Below, piece by piece: positions 11,066 to 23,780 of a DNA stretch of 64,000 bases (positions are counted from its first letter, which is position 1; every line of letters begins with the position of its first letter). A program made the translations under genes and the position numbers. A model generated the notes under the pieces. That model was not told the DNA's origin and made no database searches. It was given only the letters and a program-made list of their open reading frames with translations. Location of the stretch: assembly GCF_004010195.1 (NCBI RefSeq), contig NC_057753.1:15075345-15139344 (forward strand), written 5' to 3'. The DNA comes from Chiloscyllium plagiosum (taxonomy: Eukaryota).

Positions 11066-13886
11066 TTTTCCTGTCCTGGAGCAGCGGGAGACAGAGCGGG
11101 TGTGACGTTGAGAACAGGAGGTTGCGAGAAGGTAAGAGAACAGTATAAATAATTACCTTCAAAGCCCATGGCCTTTTTCCTGTTCTGAATCAGCGGGAAA
11201 CAGAGCGGAAGTGACGTGGACTAGCTGGCTCCCGGGAAGGTAAAGAAATGGTATATATTTGGCCATTGTTTTGTTTTAGTTAGTTGAAATAAAAAGGGTA
11301 CGGTTGCATTGTTGGGACTGTACTGCAGGCCTCCCAGTTGTGAGCGTAAGGTAGAAGAACAAATAGGTCAACAGGTTATGGAAAGATGTAGAGGCAAATG
11401 GGTGGTGGTGATGGGAGATTTCATTTTCCCAATATAGGCTGAGATACATTTAATGTCAGAAAATTGAATGGGGCAGAATTTCGAAAGAGCATCCAGGAAG
11501 GTTTTCTGGAGCAGTATGTCAATAGTCCAACTAGGGAAGGTGCCACATTGGACCTGGTGTTGGGGAATGAGTCTGGCCCGGTGGTAGAAGAAGCAGTGAG
11601 GGATTTCTTTGGGAACAGTGACCGCAATTATGTAAGTTTTAGAATCCTCGTAGACAAAGATGAAAGTGGTCCAAAGGAAAAAGTAATACACTGGGCCAAG
11701 GCCAATTATATCAAAATTGGGCAGGAGCTGGTAAATGTGAATTGGGGGCAGTTACTTAATAGAAGCCCACATTTGACATGTGGGAGGCTTTCAAAGATAG
11801 GTTGAAGATAATGCAAGATAGGCATGTCCCTTTGAAAACACGGGAAAGGGAAGAGAAAGTGCGTGAACGGTGGATAACAAGAGAAGTTGTGCGACTAGCC
11901 AAGAGGCAAACGGAAGTGCACGTCAGGTCCAGGCAGTTGAGAGCAGAACAGGCTTTGGTGGAATATTGGGAGAGTAAGACCAATCTTAAAGGAGGAATCA
12001 AGCGAGCTAAAAGAGGTCATGAAATAATTTTAACACGTAGAATTAAGGAGAGTCTCAAGGCCTTTTTTTCATGTATAAGAAGCAAGAGATAACTAGAGAA
12101 ATGGTTGGTCGACTAAGTGATAAGGAAAGGAGGTTGTGTGTCGAACCTGAGAAAATGGGTGAGATTCTCAATGATTACTTTGCATCAGTGTTCCCTGAGG
12201 AGAGGGACATGATGAATGTTGAGATTAGACGTAGACGTTTGTTTACTGTGGATCACGTTGACTTAAGGAGGGAGGATGTGTTGGGTAGGTTAAAGGATTT
12301 TAAGATGGACAAATCCACAGGACCAGATGGGATCTATCCCAGGTTGCTGAGGGAGACGAGAGAGGAAATAGCTGAGGCCCTGACAGATATCTTTGTAGCA
12401 TCCTTAAACACAGGTGAAGTGCTGGAGGACTGGAGAGTTGCTAATGCTAGCCCCCATTCAAGAAGTGTAGTAGGGATATTCCAGGTAAGTACAGACCAGT
12501 GAGCCTGATGTCAGTGATGGGAAAGCTGCTGCAGAAGGCTTTGAGCGATATGATCTATTTATACTTGGAAGGTAATGGGCTTATCAGTGATAGGCAACAT
12601 GGTTTTGTGCGGGGACGATCGTGCTTTACCAACTTAATAGTGTTCTTTGAGGAAGTGACCAAATTGACAGATGAAGGAAGGTCTGTAGATACGATATACA
12701 TGGAATATAGTAAGGCATTTGAATAAGGTTCCCCATGGTAAACTAACAGAGAATGTGAAGTCACACAGTGTGCACGGTGCTCTAGCTCGGTGGATAAAGA
12801 ACTGGTTGAGCAACAGGAGACAGAAAATAATAGTCAAAGGGAATTTCTCGAAATGGAGAAAAGTGAGCAGGGATCAGTGCTGATACCACTGTTGTTTGTG
12901 ATATCCATAAACAATCTGGAAGAGGGCATTGTTGGTGTGATCTGTAAGTTTGCAGATGACACAAAGATTGGTGGAGTAGCAGAAAGCATAGGGGACTGTC
13001 AAAGAATACAGGACAATATACGTAGACTGGAGAGTTGGGTGGAGAAATGGCAGATGGAGTTCAATCCAGGCAAAATGTGGTGATGCATTTTGGAAGGTCT
13101 AATTCTCGAGCGAGCTATACTGTAAACGGAAGATCCTTATGAACAGTTGATGAGCAGAGAGATCTGGGAGTTCAAGTCCATTGTACCCTGAAGGAGACTG
13201 CACCGGTAGATAGTGTGGTCAAGAAGGCATATGGTATGCTTGCCTTTATTGGACATGTTATTGAGTATAACAACTGGCAGGTTGTGTTAAAATTCTACAA
13301 CACTTTGTTTCGGCCGCATTTAGAATACTCTGTGCAGTTCTGGTCGCCACATTATCAAAAGGACGTGGATGCTTTAGAAAGGGTGCAGTGAAGGTTTACG
13401 AGGGTGATGCCTCTTATGGAAGGTGCTAGCTATGAAGAGAGGTTGAGCAGGTTAGGATTGTTTTCAGTCGAGAAAAATGAGACGGGGGGGAGGGTGACCT
13501 GATTCAGGTTTACAAAATCATGATGGATATTGCCAGGATGTATAGAGACAAGCTCTTTCCCATGGTAAAGGATTCAATGATGAGAGATCATGCATTCAAT
13601 GTGAGAAGAGAAACGTTTAAAAGGGATACACGCGAAAAGTACTTTACACAGAGGTTAGTAGGTGCCTGGAACGCGTTGCCAGTGGGGGTAGTGGAAGTAG
13701 GCACGGTAGCTTTATTTAAGGTGCGTCTCGACAGATGTATGAGGAGGTGGGGAGCAAAGAGGTACAGATCCTTAGGAATCGGGCGATAGGTTTTGAAAGT
13801 GTCTTTGGATCAGCACAATCTTGGTGGGAAGAAGCGCCTGTCCCTGGGCTGTAAAATGTCTTTGTCCTAAGTTTTTTTTCTTTGTT
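11066..13886 (+). mobile_element. CR1-clade (HER1-like) LINE: putative 5' repeats, internally deleted, pseudogenised ORF2 (APE-RT) and 3' tail
   Basis: ORF fragments SPTREGATLDLVLGN, KSTGPDGIYPRLL, QHGFVRGRSCFTNL, QGSVL, KFADDTK, YFTQRLVGAWNALP; several stops and frameshifts. Confidence 0.93.
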
Positions 13887-15039
13887 TACCAGTGAGTATG
13901 AGTGCCTTTGTGTGTTTATGTTTGAATGTCAATGAGTGAGTGCCAGTGTTATCAGTGAGTGAATGTGACTCTAATTTTCCATGATATTAATTGTGTCAAT
14001 GGGTGTGAGTGAGAGTGTGAGTGCAATTGTCTGTGCTTGTGTGAGTATATGCAGATATAGCCCATGTGATGACAAAACCTGGTGTGAGGAGTTTGGGGGT
14101 AAGGATACAGAAGAAATTATTGAGGCACTAAAAGTAGTGAACTCGACTTTGAGTCGAGAAAGGTGAAAGGTGTTAGAGCGGAAATGACGTGCAATCCTTC
14201 CAATTTGTGCTGACACTCACTCAAGAACTGCAGCAACCCGTGACACAGATGTTGGTCAAAGCACATGGTGATGTGTTGAACACTTTCCCGGGCCGACATT
14301 GACCCATTCATTTGTCTGCCAAGTTTGTGATAATAAATAGAAAATGCCTCGTCCAACTCCTTCAAATATTCTCAGTCGCACTGTAAAACTTGACACCCCT
14401 AATACTTGACATTTCAATGCTGGGAGAAAGAAAAAGACACTCCACCGATCGAGTCAATCAATAACTCTCAGAGTTTTATATACTTTGATCAGATCGCCCA
14501 TGAATTTCCAACAATCCAGTGAAAAAAAAATCAAAGTTTGTCGAACATTTCCTTCTTGCACATACATATCAATCCAAGCAAGCATCTTTTGCACCCTCAC
14601 CAAAGCCTTCGTATCAGTTCTAGAACTGAACACGGTGCTCCAAACGTCACCTATATCAGAGCTTCACACAGCTAGAACAGTGCTTGCCAAATCAGGATTC
14701 AGACTGGTTAAAGCTGCTGCAATAAGCTTTCTTGTTCATCTTATCTATGCGTGTTGTCACTTTCAGGACTGGGACTTCAATGTCTTTCTGCCCAGATTGG
14801 ATTTTGCACTTACTTTGTAATTTCATCTTGCAGTTCATCATCTGAAAGTTCCCATCATGGATACTTAAGAATTAATTTGGCTTTGCCAAATTGTATTATG
14901 AGTCTTGACAAATATTCCAGCCTTTATTTCTGATTTTTAAAATCTTCAGTTCCTTTTTTTTTCATCTATTCCATATAATAGAATTGATTAATAGTTCTGC
15001 ATAGGGTGCACAAATTGGTCGGTGGTACATCATAAAGAG

Positions 15040-15560
15040 GATGTTGCCATATTTCAGGAGGATGCAGACTGTCTGGTCAAATGGGCTATGCACTTCAGAG
15101 GATGCCTGTGAGATATTTGACTTGTTGCCCATATGCAGTATTTTAATAGTGAAGAGAGATCGGACAGACTGGGATTGTTTTGCTTGGTTCTCGGGAGACT
15201 GAAAGAGGACAGGACTGAGATAATTCGAATGTTGAATGATAGAGATATTCCAGATAGGAAGAACATTTTCTCCTTAGTGGAGCAATCAATGACTCTGGGC
15301 ATGGATGTAAAGAATTGTCAGTTGGATCAGGAAAAACTCTTACACCTATTGTGCGGTGTGAATCTGGAACACACTGCCTCGCATTGAAACTATATTTAGA
15401 TGCGCACTTGCAATGTTGATGCATATGATGCTATGAGCAAGCACTGGGATTAGAAAATCTGATTGGAATAGTTAGGTGTTTGTTTTTTGACAGTTAGAGA
15501 CTCGATGGACCGAATGGACACTTTGTTCTTTGTATCTCGATGCCTCTATGCCTCTCTGTT
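15040..15560 (+). mobile_element. CR1 LINE 3' fragment
   Basis: ERSDRLGLF...RLKED-like ORF2 C-terminus and CR1-type tail. Confidence 0.65.
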
Positions 15561-15591
15561 GGTACGGTTATTGGGACAACGTGGCTCACAG

Positions 15592-15782
15592 GAGATTGCA
15601 CACGACACCAGGCTACAATCCAACAGGTTTATTTAAAATCACAATTTTTGGAGCATTCTTATATGTCAAGTCGTACTTCACTCCCCGAAAGTATGTGATT
15701 TCAAATAATCCTGTGGAACTATAACTTAGTATCGTGTGACTTCTGACTTTGTCCACCCCATTCCAACCCTGACACCTCCAGA
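15592..15782. mobile_element. Decayed palindromic Penelope-derived element (family of 55086-55283)
   Basis: Arms cacgacaccaggctacaatccaacaggtttattt / aaataatcctgtggaactataacttagtatcgtgtg and tail tttgtccaccccattccaac. Confidence 0.65.
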
Positions 15783-17189
15783 GGATTGCACACAGCAGAT
15801 GAAGAGAAGCAGTTCTTGCTCAAAAATAATCAAGAGCAAGGGGACATTTATTTAAATGATCAGTAAAGAAGGAAAAGTGAAATGTGGATTTTTTTCATGC
15901 AGAGGGATGTTAGCATATGGGGCCACCGCTATGAAATCTGGGGGAGGCATGTGCAAATTTCTGATTACAGAGCGCACGAGATAAGTATTAAGAAGAAATG
16001 CGGACAAAGGTATGGACTTGAAGCAGAATACTGGCACTAGGTAGTGACGATTGCTGACGAGCCAGTGCACACACAGTGCAGAATAGCCTCCTGCAGCTCT
16101 GCAAAACCATTGTGATTCATTTGTCGTGTTGTTACAGATTATCCTCAAATGTGCAGGGCCAGTCTTTCATCCCAGTACAAGCTTGTTCTAAATGAATGGA
16201 CTTCAAACTTACTTATTTTGATATTCTGGATGTTTCTCTAACGCGTTTGTATTCTTCTGACAAGATTGATGGAATTGTGCATGGCCATTCAGGATTTAAA
16301 GTCTTAATATATTTATTTATTCCCAGTTGCTCTGAACCTGGTGCACAGATGCGCTGTGCCCTAATGAAATAATCAATGGGATTATACAGGTTCTGAATGC
16401 TAATTCCGAATTCTGTTTCCAGCTGACACTTTTAATTTTGTAGGGGGACTAGGCGACAAAACCTGCACACAGAATTTACCACACTACCAGGTGTTTCCTG
16501 TTGATTCAACAGCACGGCAATACGATGCTGTGGTTCTGCAGACTGAGAATTGTTTTTCATACATTGAACCTTCCATAAATCTGGCCTAATTCCAAACGAT
16601 CATCTCCTGTAAAACAAGCTTCCACATGTTTTCAGGAAATATGCCATTGTTCCCCGCTTCAGTGCAATAAGGGGGAATGTCCAGAATGTTTGATAACAGA
16701 ATGTGTGTTCATGAATTTTGCTACTCTCTGAAAGATAGACAGCCTCAAGTAGTTGGCAAATTTCCCAGCACCGTAGCGCAACCCGCATATGTTGTGAAAT
16801 TCTGCAGAATATCTGTGAGACGTTGTTCAGGCGACATCATACGGACAAACAGAGTAAAACATCCCATGTTAAAATGGATGCTGTTGGTAATGTGAATAAA
16901 TGTAACCAACACACTAAGGTTAATGCGTTCCATAACCGTGATAACACAATGAAAGTGCCAAGTGTTTTGGAATTTTGAATCAAGATCAGAAAAAGTTGGA
17001 GACACTCGGGAGAATCATAGGGTTTATATTTATTGTCTTTTGAGAACTGAAGAGGGCGGGATGTTGTTGGTGTATGAGCTGTTTACCTAAGATGCTGAAG
17101 TGAAAGAGATAGAGAGGTTAACCAGAGCAAAAGACAAAAAGCAGGTCTGCCAGTCGTCACGGAACGATGTGGGTTTTGAATGGATCTTA

Positions 17190-17520
17190 AGGATAAGTGT
17201 GGCTATGATGAAGTTACTAATCAGACCAAGAACATTTTGATCCAAATCGTTGAAGTAATTTACCAACATCCGAACTCCCAGCATTGAATTTTGTGGAACA
17301 ACACTGGTTAGGGTCCTACAGCGGAAAAATGCCTTTCCTCGGTTTCCTATTCCCTCTGTGAACAAGTCGATTTCGTCTCACATACCATGTGATCTACTCT
17401 TCGACAAAACGTGGTCACCTGGGAAAGGGTAGTTGGACACATTGACTGATATTTTACTCTCTCTCTACTTATACTATCTACTGTCGGCGTGGAAAATTGA
17501 CCACTTGTGTTTCTACATAA
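17190..17520 (-). mobile_element. CR1 RT fragment
   Basis: Minus ORF LTSVVPQNSMLG....NDLDQNVLGLISNF matches CR1 RT (TSGVPQGSVLG..INDLD). Confidence 0.65.
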
Positions 17521-17769
17521 ACTGCAGGACAAAGCCCACGTGGGAAATTATTGACTGAACAGGATGCTCACAATCTGCTTTAATGTGATTGAACTGGTCA
17601 TCAACAGTATTATGCAACAGCATTCACATGACAATAAACTTCACACTGATGCCATCTGAGTTCCAGAAGGGCAACTTTGCTCCAAATCAAAGAACGAGAA
17701 TACTGGAAAAACTCAGCATGTCTCGCTGCATTTGTGAAGAGAGAAGCCAAATGATGGAACACTCTCCCA

Positions 17770-18120
17770 AAGGCGGGATGCGTACAGCTCCAACCAAATA
17801 TAAGTGGCTCGACCACATCCCGTGCAAAATATCTCGTTTCATTGCCACCACATCCACAAATATCCGGTGACTCCACTGCTGACACTCAGTAGCAGCAGTG
17901 TGTACTAATTTCAAAATGTTCTGCTCAATAAACAAATGCTCCTCAGACAAAATCTTCTGGATAAAAGTTGTCATAGCAGATATATGGGAGCACTACGACT
18001 TCCCATCTACGCCACTCTTCATTCTGATTTGGAAATATGCAGGCATTCCTTCGCTGTTTCCATGTTAAAACTCTGGAATCCCTGCCTAACCGCATTGGGG
18101 TACAGTCACCTACAGGATAT
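17770..18120 (+). mobile_element. L2-like LINE 3' fragment
   Basis: Similar to 30010-30680 (gcaccacatccacaaatatcc..actcagtagcagcagtgtgtac; ttggaaatat). Confidence 0.55.
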
Positions 18121-18384
18121 GGATGACAGATATCCAGAATTTTAGTGTCTAGATTGAACGAAGTATAATTTCAATATCATTAGACAGGATGTGGAAAACG
18201 TAGACTTGGGGTCACTGCTGTAGGTAAGCCTACAATTGGAATATGGGAGTCTTTAAACGTGGTACAATGAGAATTCATGCCTAACGTGCTTCTCTAAGAG
18301 TAAAGGACAAGGGCATAAACTTTGAGGGAATTCTGGATTTCAAAGGGATGTTGAGGGGAGTTTAGGGGAGACAAGAACCTAACG

Positions 18385-18718
18385 GATTTATCAGTAGACT
18401 ATTAATTCAGTGTCTCAGATTATGTTCTGGGAACCCGGGTTCAAATCCGGCTGTCGCAGTTGGTTGAATTTGAATTTGATAAAAAAGAACTGGAAAAATG
18501 TTCTAATGATGACCATGTCAATTGAAGGAAAGCTGAACTTGTTCACTAATGTTCCTTAAAAAAGGAAATCTTGAATTCTTAGTGGGTCCAGCTTACATGC
18601 AATCCCAGACCTACAGCAATGTGATTGACTCTTAAGGAACCTCTCGGCAATTAGGTATGGGCAATGAATGCTGGACTAGCCAGATATGCCTCCAGCCCAT
18701 GAGTGAGTATGAAAAAGA
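18385..18718 (+). mobile_element. tRNA-derived SINE, SacSINE1/DeuSINE-like
   Basis: B-box gggttcaaatcc, Deu-like core gttcactaatgttccttaaaaaaggaaatc, tail gggcaatgaatgctggactagccag. Confidence 0.7.
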
Positions 18719-19689
18719 ACAAGCTTCTCAGGGAACAACAATAATGCAGGGCATTAAATGTCAGCCAAGCACACAATGCCAGTATCCCATCGCTAAATTT
18801 GAAAAAAGTCATATGGCTTTGGCCGCAGGGACATCGTTTAGTGTGAACAACAGGTTCTGCACTTACTTTCACAACTGTATGCACTAGAACTCCGATCGGT
18901 CCCTCTTTCTGTTCTAAAGTGCAAACAAGCAGTTGTCTGAACTCCAAATTGGCCTGAATGTGTCACTAAATTGCCCATCCATTACGCCACCCATTTCTCT
19001 GAATCTGTTGTCAAAATGACATGACCATAGGTAACCATTCATGCACACGCGGGTCAATGATTTTCGAGTGTCAACTTCGAGTTTTTGCATCCATGAGGTC
19101 GTATATCGAGTGGAACTTGGATTTTGAGGCGAGACAGTGACAAGAATGAATTGACACTGGACTGGTTATCCGGATGTCCAAGGGCCTTTATTACTAATCA
19201 TGCATTCATAGACGATGGAGTTTTAAATGAATTGAAACAGGAAATTAGATCTGACTATGAATCCATTATGTTAAAAATTCACGTATTTAAATAATGGTAA
19301 AGAGGTAAGGAAATCTGCATACTTATTGTGTCTTGCCAATTTGCATAACTGGAGCCACAAGAGAGTACAGCAGATGTATCCAATCAGATCTCTGAATTCG
19401 TTTGGCAAGCCATTCAGTTCCAAATCAGTTAGGTGTGGATAAAAATGCTGACCAATGTGGAGAATTCTAAGTTGCATCAAAAAGCCTATAAATCTTTGAA
19501 ATAAAAACATTGTGATTGTCTGTCCTAGTGTTTTGCAGTAGATAGTTTAAAGGAAATTGCATCTATAGGAAAGTTGAATAAGCATGTGAAATTGCATCTA
19601 GAATTCACGTAAATAAACAAAATGTGAGCAGGATTAATCTATTCAGTCAAGCAAATCAGGTCCATCATTCATTATGTGAGAGAGTGCTT

Positions 19690-21040
19690 GCAAGATGTTT
19701 CATCTTTGTTTACATTAACTGGTATTACATCAGTGTGGAAGGATTAGACAGGATGGAATTTTTAAAGAGTATCCAGGTGATCATTTTGTAGCAGTTTGAA
19801 GATGGCCCCAATAGAGATGAAGCGGTGTTGGAGCTAATATGAGGAATGAAGTTGGTTCAGTGATCGAAGTGTCTGTGGCCGAGCATTCTGGAAACACTCG
19901 CAATAAGTCTGTAATTTTCAAATTCGCTGTGGAAAGAAATAAGGATATTGCAGAACTTTAGTGTCTAGATTGAACGAAGTATAATTTCAATATCATTAGA
20001 CAGGATGTGGCAAATGTAGACTTGGGGTCACTGCTGTAGGTCAGCCTACAATTGGAAAGTGGGAGTCTTTAAATGTGGTACAATGAGAATTCATGGCTAA
20101 CTTGCTTCTCTAAGAGTAAAGGACAAGGGCATAAACTTTGAGGGAACTCTGGATTTCAAAGGGATGTTGAGCGTTCGATAAAGGAAAAGATGAAACAATA
20201 TATCAATGAGCATGCCCTGAAAAAAAGAGAGCCTGTTCAAAAGGATAAAGAATGCATAATGTTTTTTAAAATATAAGTTAACAGTTAAAAGAGGAGTAAC
20301 AACGTATAGGAACACGGAAACCATGTTCACCTACCACCCTAGGCGTTTTATAAGTACATTACGAGGAAGAGGAATAATGTTATAAGTATATTACGAGGAA
20401 GAGGAGTGCGGCCTAACAGAACACAAAGTGGCACGCTGTGCGTGGAGCCAGAAGACGTAGTTGGGGTTTTAAATGAATATTTCTAATCTCCATTCAGAAA
20501 GAGGAAAGAAATTGTAGCTGGAGATTTCAGGTCGAATGGTGACGTGCTGGAACATGATAAGACTAAAAAGGAAGACATGTTTCATACTGTGGCGGGCAGC
20601 AAGTTCCATTAATCTCAGGCCCTGATTACATGTATCCCAAACTGCTATGAGAAGAAAGAGAGGAGATTATTGGAGCCCTGGAGGATATATTAAACACTAC
20701 GCTGACCCGATGGAAGTGCCAGGTGATTGGGGTATATCTAATAAATTTTTTTAAAAGGCAGGAGGGACTGGCGAGCTAATATCAGGACAGTTATTCTGAT
20801 GTCAGGGGAGTGAAGTTATTGGAACAGAAGTCCTCACTATCTCACAGGATAAATAAAAAATTGCAAGGCATGGGATTGACAAGGAATCGACAGCATTGAT
20901 GTATTACAGAGAAATCCTGCCTGACTAATTTAGCTGAGTCTTTTGGAAAGATTATTAAGTATCTGTCCGAGAATGTTGCAGTTAATGTAGTTAACACAGG
21001 CATCATCAAGGCCTTTGACAAGGTCATACATGGATGCTAA
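19690..21040 (+). mobile_element. Decayed CR1 ORF2 (endonuclease end to RT)
   Basis: Similarity to 11464-12726 (ggccccaatagagatgaagcggtgttgga; aaatcctgcctgactaattt; caaggcctttgacaaggtc). Confidence 0.7.
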
Positions 21041-21069
21041 TTGCTGGTGTGATGAGGTGAAAATGGGTC

Positions 21070-21480
21070 TGTTCTGCTCAGACCAATGCCGACAGGAGAT
21101 AAATATAAAAAGAAGGAAGATGGCGAATAGTATTCCAAAGGATGGACAGATATTCTGCTCTGAAGTTGTTGGACTCCATTTTGAGTCCTGAAGCGTGTGA
21201 AGTGCGGAAGTGGAAATTGAGCTGGTTCTCCACCTGCCCGAGGAGATGCCGAATTGCAAATGTGTTCAAACAACCCGAGACCAATGACCTCTTGTGGTTA
21301 TGTGATACTATGAGATGGTTTCCGGAGTGGAGACTCGCTTCCAAGTCTAAACCTTAAACGTCATTGATCTCTCAAGATGAGTGCATGCTTGGAACCCTGT
21401 TTCAGTATACCCATTAATGGTCACATCACCTCTAATTGGTGTAGAAGACCAGAGTTTATTTCACAGTGCGCACACATCAA
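21070..21480 (-). mobile_element. Penelope-like element GIY-YIG endonuclease C-terminal remnant
   Basis: Minus ORF ..VENQLNFHFRTSHASGLKMESNNFRA resembles the PLE C-terminus LEEQHLIFRLGTLQPxGLNxEFNNFR as I recall it. Confidence 0.55.
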
Positions 21481-22344
21481 AAGCTATTGGTTGATGGAAA
21501 GAAACACGTGCCTCTTTACAATCCTTGGCTGACGAACTAACTCTTACAGAAATAGAGGAGTCAATAGATGCGTTAAATGATGCTAAGTATGTGTAAAACA
21601 GCATTCAGTTAATGTTCAGACTTCACCTGCTACCTCGCATTGGGACGATGTTTGGAACCCTCCTGAATGTACTTGCTCTGCAGCTGTTGAACTGTGAGTT
21701 ATGCAGTTTATAATACATCCCCTTAACCATTGGTTGACCGATCAATACTTAGATACTATGGGAATAATATAATGATCAGTCTGTGTGAGAGCAAGTATTG
21801 ACACCACGTGGAATGACAATTTTGTTCTCTTCATTTTTTTTCTGACAGTTTATGCAACTGTTCCTGAGGCATCACAACCCCCAACCTCACTCCCCAAATT
21901 CTTGGCTCTTTATTCATGCTTTCAGTACAAGTATTGGAGTTACAAATCTACTCATTAATTTGGGTCTGTTAGTAATCATGTTTCTCGCTTATTTAACATT
22001 GTGTGTAACAGTGAAAGTTGCTGAAAAAATTATTTCATTTCTTCGTCAATATTTGGGAGAATACAAAATATAAACTGACTTTATTGCAGTTTTAGAAGAC
22101 TGTGCTGGCACTAATTTTGCCTCGTATTTCGGCTGTTTAGATTCCACGACCATCTTCGAGGAAGTATTGCATTTACCTTGCGCCTTTTTGTCCTCGGCAA
22201 ATTAAAGGAGATTTGCGCCAATTTGATGCACTTTTGTTGTCGAGACAAACCACGTTTGGAAACGTGACCGGCAATTTGTTCGAGAAAAGTATTACAGACA
22301 TTACTGTGATGAGGTGCACAGTTAGCTGTTTGTCTTGGGAGGAC

Positions 22345-22470
22345 AGAATAGACACTGGATCCGAAACGTTAACTCCGCTTTTCTTGCGTAAATGGTGACA
22401 GACCTGCTGAAGTTTTCCAGCATCTGTTTCTGATTTCCAACATCTGCGGTTCTTTTTTTGTTTTGAGCTG
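22345..22470 (+). mobile_element. Penelope-derived 3' tail fragment (third family)
   Basis: ggatccgaaacgttaact..cagacctgctgaagttttccagcatc..tgatttccaacatctgcggt. Confidence 0.5.
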
Positions 22471-22599
22471 TTATCCCTTTTTTTTTGATCTGGTCGAAAG
22501 ATTCTGACTGTACGGGGCATTCTGGATAATGACCTCTGCCTGTTTCTGCATAGTTGTTTTTTAGAGTTCAGGCAGATCATGAGTTTAGCGTCTTGATAA

Positions 22600-22849
22600 T
22601 TAGATTATATTACTTAAAGTGTGGAAACAGGCCCTTCAGCCAACAAGGCCACACTGACCCTCTGAAGAGCAACTCACCCAGACCCATTCCCCTACATTTA
22701 CCCCTTCACTTAACACTAGGGGCAATTTAGCATGGCCACTTCACCTAATCGGCACATTCTTGGACTGTGGGAGGAAACCGGAGCACCCAGAGGAAACGCA
22801 CGCAGACACGGGGAAAATGTGCATACTCCACACAGACAGTTGCCTGAGG
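22600..22849 (-). mobile_element. HE1-like V-SINE, 5' truncated
   Basis: V-domain reverse complement (tgtgggaggaaaccggagcacccagaggaaac) and shared tail. Confidence 0.88.
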
Positions 22850-23049
22850 AGCTTTTACAAGAGACCTTTTTCTTTTTTCTTTTTCTTTTGCAAAAAAAAG
22901 TTACTTTCTTGATAAAATATCTTCATATTCATATGTCTCACTGAATCACGTTGGTTCTGTACAGTACTATGTTGAAGAAAAAAACTACTGGAGTTTGATT
23001 TTATCCAGTAGAGAAATCAAAGCCATTTCTGAACTCTATAACGTCATAC

Positions 23050-23780
23050 TTATATATATATATAAGACATCAGGAGTGTCTGACACCTGAATGGACCCCA
23101 AGTTGACTTCAGCAGGAAGGCCTCAGTGAGTGGTATTTCCAGGCTGCGCCCCAAGCTTCAGTGCATTACTCAGCGCTTACTCCAGGAATTGGATTATGCC
23201 AGTCTGCAACACTCGGTTGAAGTCATCTCCTTGTTCTGTAAGATGAACAAGTTTTGGGCAACCAAAAAAATGTCTTTCAACGAATTAATTGCCCTCTAGT
23301 TGGTATTTGTCGTGTGTGTCCTGGGCAGCACACCGATGAGCACAGCGTCCTGCGTCAGGGAGCAGCTCAGAAGCACCACGTCAAAAGCCCTGAATTTTTC
23401 TCCACACTTATTTTGGAAAGGCACATTCCAGAAGGAGATGTGTGACAGTCTCATGCCCCCCAATCAACCCAGGCAGGTTCTTCGAGTGCACCGTGTGGTA
23501 TCACAGACCAACCGAGTGTGCATGAGGTATCTCACACAAAGCGTCCTTCTCACCACCAGCCAAGTGATCTCTCGTTACATATTGGAAAGTTCTGATGATG
23601 TGGCATATGGCCAAATGACCTGGACAGTCGGCTGAGGGAACAATCCGACCGGATCAACCTTTTCTTTTTCCCACTGAATCTTGATGACACTAAAACATTA
23701 GTGCAATCTGCCTTCAGTACCGCGCTGTTCATTCAGCGCTCAGTTCATTCTCACGCTGCTGGCAATGTGTTTGAACAATT
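23050..23780 (-). mobile_element. Tx1/L1-clade LINE 3' remnant
   Basis: Minus strand reads ETVTHLLLECAF, the C-terminal zinc-knuckle motif of Tx1/L1-type ORF2. Confidence 0.6.

Noticed and set aside
16425..16560. Minus strand resembles an Ig/TCR V-gene end (TILSLQ..TASYCRAV) near an ACAAAACC nonamer-like word
   Set aside because: Needs a frameshift and two substitutions; no WYxQ or first Cys upstream; the nonamer is in the wrong orientation and there is no good heptamer
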